Virus record (IMG/VR): IMGVR_UViG_3300038393_000605
Location: 1-28,573 of that record
Strand: one strand, 5' to 3'
Source: a virus
Lineage: Duplodnaviria > Caudoviricetes
Length of the DNA stretch: 28,573 nt
Shown here: piece by piece, positions 25,411-28,573 of the stretch
Layout of the letters: every line of letters starts with the position of its first letter
Numbering within the stretch: position 1 is the stretch's first letter
The notes under the pieces: model-generated
Databases searched by the model: none
What the model was told of the DNA's origin: nothing
What the model saw: the letters and a program-made list of their open reading frames with translations, nothing else
Made by a program: the position numbers and the translations under genes

Positions 25411-25601
25411 GATGCGGCCCCACCGTAATCTTGGGCCATGTAGTAGACCTCGGTTTCCGCATCTTCTCTCGGATCGTCAGAAACTTCGTTGATCGGATAT
25501 GTCAGCGCCGCACTCCACGGCATATCTTGGATGAGCCGATGCAGCCAAAAAGCATAGCGAAGGCGATACCAGATTCGTTTCATAACGTTCTCCTCAGCCA
25601 T
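25407..25601 (-). CDS. hypothetical protein
   Basis: 64 aa; DPREDAETEV.Y; coupled to neighbours. Confidence 0.6.
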   Translation of the reverse strand: MAEENVMKRIWYRLRYAFWLHRLIQDMPWSAALTYPINEVSDDPREDAETEVYYMAQDYGGAAS

Positions 25602-25806
25602 TGGTCTCGATCCGTTTTGCCGCGGCTTGCAGTTGCAACGCGATGAACCGGGCCTGCTCCGGCGTTAAGCCCGCCGGATAGCTGCATGCGCCCAGTGACA
25701 GCAACACCTCGCCATCGCCGTCAGTCACGAGAACAGATTGTGTGTCCCCACTTACGAGCGCGATCTTGCGCGCGTCGTTGATGCCGTGCTTATGCTTCAT
25801 GGTCAT
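25594..25806 (-). CDS. hypothetical protein
   Basis: 70 aa; LTPEQAR.IA..L..AA motif; GGAG RBS. Confidence 0.65.
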   Translation of the reverse strand: MTMKHKHGINDARKIALVSGDTQSVLVTDGDGEVLLSLGACSYPAGLTPEQARFIALQLQAAAKRIETNG

Positions 25807-25871
25807 GCTGCTCCAGTAGCCAGCCGGGCGATAAGGTCAGCGGTCAGGGGCTTGGGTGTGGTGGGGGTCAT
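25803..25871 (-). CDS. 22-aa remnant ORF (DLIARL)
   Basis: ATGA overlaps at both ends; GGAG RBS. Confidence 0.4.
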   Translation of the reverse strand: MTPTTPKPLTADLIARLATGAA

Positions 25872-26197
25872 CGCAGCGTCATCTCCGCTCTTTTCGTGGA
25901 TTCTTCCGTCCGCCATGCTTCGAACCTGATCTGCAATCCGTCAGCGTCGGCCTTGGCGAGAATCGCGGCACACTCCGCATCCGTGGCGAGTTTGTCTGCT
26001 TCCAGGAAAGTGGGGTCGGTTCGGGCTTGGGCCTTTTTCATTTCTGCGTTTTTCCCATCAGCCCGGAGAAAACAAACGTCCAGAATCCGGTCGGCTTTCT
26101 TCCTCGCCTGGATAGCGTCCACCTTTGCCTCACCAGCTTTAATGAGGGCGTCGTGAAGCCTAGAGCCACGTTCGCGGTTCCCTTCCATCAGCGGCAC
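25868..26197 (-). CDS. coiled-coil protein of the recombination module
   Basis: 109 aa, helical, ending FEAWRT..S..RAE; follows ERF and SSB. Confidence 0.65.
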   Translation of the reverse strand: MPLMEGNRERGSRLHDALIKAGEAKVDAIQARKKADRILDVCFLRADGKNAEMKKAQARTDPTFLEADKLATDAECAAILAKADADGLQIRFEAWRTEESTKRAEMTLR

Positions 26198-26463
26198 GGA
26201 GCAAATGGGATCGGGTCATCGACATCGCCGCCGCCGGATTGGGCGGGGGCTTCCTCTTTCTTCGGCCGCGGGTCGCTGATTTTCCCCGAGTAGAAATAGC
26301 CGCCCTGCGTTCCCTGCCGGGACCACATCGCCAGTTCCAGTTTCTCCCCCGCCTTAATGTCCCTATGGGCCATCACGTAGCCCTTGAAGTCGGGAGCCTT
26401 CTCGTTCCCCTTCTTGTCGTTCTTGAAAAGGGAGCAGTCGCCTGGTTTCGGTTCGTATGCCAT
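26188..26463 (-). CDS. single-stranded DNA-binding-like protein
   Basis: ATG 26463; LFKND.K..EK.PD.KG, LA.W and an acidic tail DVDDPIPF. Confidence 0.75.
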   Translation of the reverse strand: MAYEPKPGDCSLFKNDKKGNEKAPDFKGYVMAHRDIKAGEKLELAMWSRQGTQGGYFYSGKISDPRPKKEEAPAQSGGGDVDDPIPFAPCR

Positions 26464-26471
26464 GTTCGTTC

Positions 26472-27149
26472 CTATGCGGCCTGTAGCGGGTTGTGGGTAA
26501 GGGCGGTTTCCCGATCCATCAGGACGGCTTCCAGACGGTCGTACCAATCGGGGAGATCAAGCTGCGCCTGATCCACCACGGCTTTGTTGTCCGCCCAGAC
26601 GCCTTGCAGGGTAGACACGTCGGTGCAGTCCTTGAGGTCTTTGACCAAGGCCGTGATGGCGTTCTTGAGTGCCGTTTTCTTCATCGGCCCCGTCCATGAG
26701 TCGGGCGGCGCATCGCGGTTCCCGTCGTTGACGGAGAATGTTTGCTTGGGGGTGCGTGTGGTGCGGCCAGAAGCCGCCTCCCCGTCGTCATCCTCGGGAG
26801 CTACGCCGACGATTGCCGCCAGCGCGTACCGACGAGCGTAGGTGATTGCCGAGCCGACACCCTGCGGGTCGTTCTTGACCGGCTTCAATGTCAGCCGGCC
26901 GCGAATCCACTCCCCCGAGGAGTGAGAGAGGGTCGTGATCACAGTTGCCCCGTCCGGGCTGTCCTCGGTCGTCTGAATGACCGAAAGGCCGTGTGCCGAA
27001 AGCTGGTCCCGGCAGGCATCCCAAACGGACGCCAGATCGGCATACTTCGATTTGAAGAACGGGTTAGCCGTATCCTTGGCTGCCCCCTTGATCTTGCCCT
27101 GGGCTTTAGAAAGCGCCTCGGCAAGTTTCGCGATTGATTCGCTCTGCAT
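26472..27149 (-). CDS. erf: ERF family single-strand annealing protein
   Basis: NPFFKSKYADL, HSSGEW and PQGVGSAITYARRYAL..IVG...EDDDG; ATG 27149 has an AGGAG RBS. Confidence 0.92.
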   Translation of the reverse strand: MQSESIAKLAEALSKAQGKIKGAAKDTANPFFKSKYADLASVWDACRDQLSAHGLSVIQTTEDSPDGATVITTLSHSSGEWIRGRLTLKPVKNDPQGVGSAITYARRYALAAIVGVAPEDDDGEAASGRTTRTPKQTFSVNDGNRDAPPDSWTGPMKKTALKNAITALVKDLKDCTDVSTLQGVWADNKAVVDQAQLDLPDWYDRLEAVLMDRETALTHNPLQAA

Positions 27150-27169
27150 GGCTTGTTTCTCCTGTTCCA

Positions 27170-27319
27170 TCACGCAGCCTCCTTCTCACGGCGCGGGCAG
27201 TCCTGATACTTCCGCTCCAGCCGCTTCTTTTCCCGGTCGTTCGCCAACTTGACGATTTCCAGGTCTTTGAAGCCGCGCAGGTGAGCGCGAGCCCAATGGA
27301 TGTCGATGGGGTGCTTCAT
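27170..27319 (-). CDS. 49-aa basic protein
   Basis: AAGGAG RBS; fills the gap between the Lar-like gene and erf; ends KEAA; not in the supplied ORF track. Confidence 0.55.
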   Translation of the reverse strand: MKHPIDIHWARAHLRGFKDLEIVKLANDREKKRLERKYQDCPRREKEAA

Positions 27320-27322
27320 GGT

Positions 27323-28144
27323 TCACTCCTTCGGTGGTTCGGGGAGGGGCTGCCAATGTGTCGGCTGATCAATTGGGTCGTCGTAGCCGTGGTAGAAGCT
27401 CCCGGGGTATGTGTTGCCATCATTGGACATCCACCCGGCCTCATGCCCGGGTTGGCCGGGGCTGTTTTCTTCCTTCTCTTCCCAATAGACTTCGCGCTGC
27501 TGGCTCTCTTCCGTGAAAGCCCAAATGTGCGTTCCGTCCCTCGGCGCGCTGTCGATCGGCCGCCACCTCCGGCCCGGATCGCTCTCTTCTTCGTTAGCCG
27601 GCGGCTTGAGCGCGACGCGATTCGTCGGGAACAAATGCCTTTTGGCTTGCCAATGCTTGTAGAAGGCAAGTCCCATGCCGTGGCCATATAGATCAAAGAA
27701 GTTGTCCCACTCGTCGCTGTAATAGGCGTAGCTCGGAATTGCCTCCGTCGAGGGGAGGGCGGCGAGGAGGTCGTCCGTGGCCTGCGCAGATTCCATCGCA
27801 GCCTTGATGAACAGCCGCGTCACTTCGTCCTTGGGCGGGAAGTGCGCGGCGTGGTCCACAAGCTTTTCTTTGGCGGCTATAGCCCGCTCCCGCAGCGCCG
27901 CCATCTCTCGCGTGGGTGCCGGGCTGGCGGGGGCGCGGGTGTTCCATGCCGCGATGGCATCGGCCCTCCGCGAATAACTCGTCGCTGTCAAATAGGCGGG
28001 GCAGGAGAGGCTTTCACACGCCGCCCACCACCTAACTTCGCCGTCAACGACTCGGCCCTCCGAGCGGTCGATCATCGCTGGCCCGCCGCACCATGGGCAC
28101 GGCAGCAACTCCTCCGCACTCGTCGGTGCCTGCAATTCGTTCAT
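27323..28144 (-). CDS. Lar-family Zn-finger domain fused to a DUF551-like domain
   Basis: LLPCPWCGG...C...C...AIAAWNTRA at the N-terminus; WRPIDSAPRDGT...PTHWQPLPEPP at the C-terminus. Confidence 0.8.
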   Translation of the reverse strand: MNELQAPTSAEELLPCPWCGGPAMIDRSEGRVVDGEVRWWAACESLSCPAYLTATSYSRRADAIAAWNTRAPASPAPTREMAALRERAIAAKEKLVDHAAHFPPKDEVTRLFIKAAMESAQATDDLLAALPSTEAIPSYAYYSDEWDNFFDLYGHGMGLAFYKHWQAKRHLFPTNRVALKPPANEEESDPGRRWRPIDSAPRDGTHIWAFTEESQQREVYWEEKEENSPGQPGHEAGWMSNDGNTYPGSFYHGYDDPIDQPTHWQPLPEPPKE

Positions 28145-28153
28145 GGCGGACTC

Positions 28154-28261
28154 CTAGTTCCTGTTTGAGAGGAAGTCGGCGATGCCGACGCATAGAATTG
28201 GCAGACCGATAGCCAGCCCCACAAAAAGCCCCATCCCAGCCCAGGTGAGAAAATCATTCAC
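28154..28261 (-). CDS. 35-aa single-TM membrane peptide
   Basis: GTG 28261 coupled to the upstream stop; hydrophobic core. Confidence 0.5.
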   Translation of the reverse strand: MNDFLTWAGMGLFVGLAIGLPILCVGIADFLSNRN

Positions 28262-28455
28262 GCCGCACCATTCCCTTCCACCAGTTCCGGTGTCGCCCCC
28301 AAGCTCCTCGCCGCAGCAGCTCTGGCCGCAGGGGACTTGGAACAGACCATGACGCTCTCCATGAGATTCAACCCATCCAGTTTCTTGAAGCTGGAGTAGC
28401 TGTGGAGGAGGTGGGAGGCGGAGAAGTACGGCAGGAGTGTGTCGATGAGCATCAC
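28258..28455 (-). CDS. hypothetical protein
   Basis: 65 aa; coupled on both sides. Confidence 0.5.
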   Translation of the reverse strand: MMLIDTLLPYFSASHLLHSYSSFKKLDGLNLMESVMVCSKSPAARAAAARSLGATPELVEGNGAA

Positions 28456-28571
28456 CGATCCCCCCTGAGGGCGACGGTTTCCATGGCCGAAGCAACTTCC
28501 TCGGCGCTTTGAGCTACGTTATCGTTCCAATAGGGAACGGGAAGCTGAACATGGTCAGAGAGGCGCTCGCA
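28452..28571 (-). CDS. partial CDS (3' end only)
   Basis: Open frame from the window edge reading ...YWND...SAEEV..AM, ending at TGA 28452. Confidence 0.5.
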   Translation of the reverse strand, partial: CERLSDHVQLPVPYWNDNVAQSAEEVASAMETVALRGDR

Positions 28572-28573
28572 GG

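Noticed and set aside
21993-27938. CRISPR array or integron cassette array
   Set aside because: Repeats are paired, irregularly spaced and inside coding sequence, with no attC-like palindromes
1-28573. Stop-codon reassignment suggested by the internal TGA at 21893
   Set aside because: TGA, TAG and TAA all end well-supported genes, and many ATGA overlaps are present

Overview
This window is part of a temperate short-tailed (podovirus-like) phage genome. The host is probably an alphaproteobacterium, inferred from the GC-rich sequence and an alpha-type LexA box. On the + strand (1-19.5 kb) come the major capsid protein, a translationally coupled block of glycan-modifying genes (TPR-glycosyltransferase, GT9, FkbM methyltransferase, KpsS/C-like protein, GT8-like protein), head-tail adaptor, nozzle, ejection proteins, two paralogous tail fibres and a dispersed lysis module. 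On the - strand (20.1-28.6 kb) come a tyrosine integrase, an excisionase and a mosaic early region (ASCH/DUF3850, SSB-like, ERF, Lar/DUF551). A probable intact attP lies at the convergence point. The best candidates for new biology are four. (1) A putative virion-glycosylation pathway inside the morphogenesis operon. (2) Two antisense tRNA-like RNAs flanking the holin-like gene, each with its own promoter whose predicted +1 is the first base of a 7-bp acceptor-like stem. (3) A LexA-boxed, nearly leaderless Zn-ribbon gene beside attP. (4) A terminal GLL motif shared by the putative internal virion proteins. All family calls come from motif recognition by eye; no searches were run.
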